Part shown: positions 40,372 through 40,420 of the stretch, one piece after another
Layout: each line of letters begins with the position of its first letter
How positions within the stretch are numbered: the first letter of the stretch is position 1
Virus record (IMG/VR): IMGVR_UViG_3300045988_016800
Coordinates: 1-40,420 of that record
Length of the DNA stretch: 40,420 nucleotides
From: a virus
Reading direction: 5' to 3' (one strand)
The notes under the pieces: generated by a model
The model's database searches: none
What the model was told of the DNA's origin: nothing
The model's input: only the letters and a program-made list of their open reading frames with translations
Translations under genes and position numbers: made by a program

Positions 40372-40420
40372 TTATCTGGTAATACTTAGATATTATCATC
40401 AAAACATAGCGGCTGCAACG
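40366..40420. repeat. Terminal direct repeat, copy 2 (identical to 1-55)
   Basis: Read directly. Confidence 0.97.

Larger units (their letters stand above)
1..40420. mobile_element. Complete circularly closed temperate phage genome (siphovirus-type; unique length 40365 bp)
   Basis: nt 1-55 identical to nt 40366-40420. Uninterrupted phage module order: integrase/regulators, recombination-replication, late regulator, terS-terL-portal-head, tail-TMP-fibres, holin-lysin, cargo, attP. No host housekeeping genes. Confidence 0.85.

Noticed and set aside
1-40420. Known defence, anti-defence or toxin genes (restriction-modification, Abi, retron, CBASS, anti-CRISPR with Aca).
   Set aside because: I could not recognise any diagnostic motif for these by eye. 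This is absence of evidence only and needs DefenseFinder/PADLOC/AcrFinder-type searches.

Overview
This window is a complete, circularly closed genome of a temperate tailed phage. Nt 1-55 are identical to nt 40366-40420, so the unique length is 40365 bp. The morphogenesis genes are siphovirus-type (PBSX-type terminase, SPP1-type portal, long tape measure). Strong AGGAGG-type ribosome sites and the gene families suggest a fairly GC-rich Gram-positive, Clostridia-like host; that is an inference. All functional calls come from reading motifs by eye, with no database search.

Module order:
- Low-GC lysogeny region spanning the junction (38401-40371 and 183-1418).
- Rightward early operon from a consensus promoter at 1504: Cro-like HTH, small Cys-rich proteins, a nonapeptide-repeat protein, ERF, SSB, replisome organiser.
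- Possible nucleic-acid or nucleotide modification block: PAPS-reductase-like, radical-SAM-like, ASCH, ThyX-like, RuvC, dNTP-pyrophosphohydrolase-like.
- Late regulator, then a 58-bp palindrome, then packaging, head, tail, and a mosaic multi-fibre module.
- Three small membrane proteins plus an NlpC/P60-type endolysin.
- An eight-gene cargo cassette of unknown function (33540-37072).
- attP carrying the 3' half of a tRNA-Lys(UUU), flanked by repeats, then a tyrosine integrase.

Best candidates for undescribed biology:
1. The post-lysis cargo cassette, which includes a BclA-C-terminal/C1q-like protein, a Gly/Trp/Cys-rich membrane protein, a papain-like protein and Q/P-rich proteins, and is gated by hairpins.
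2. The coupled PAPS-reductase-like / degenerate radical-SAM-like / Cys-rich / ASCH block.
3. The orphan genes in the low-GC lysogeny module.
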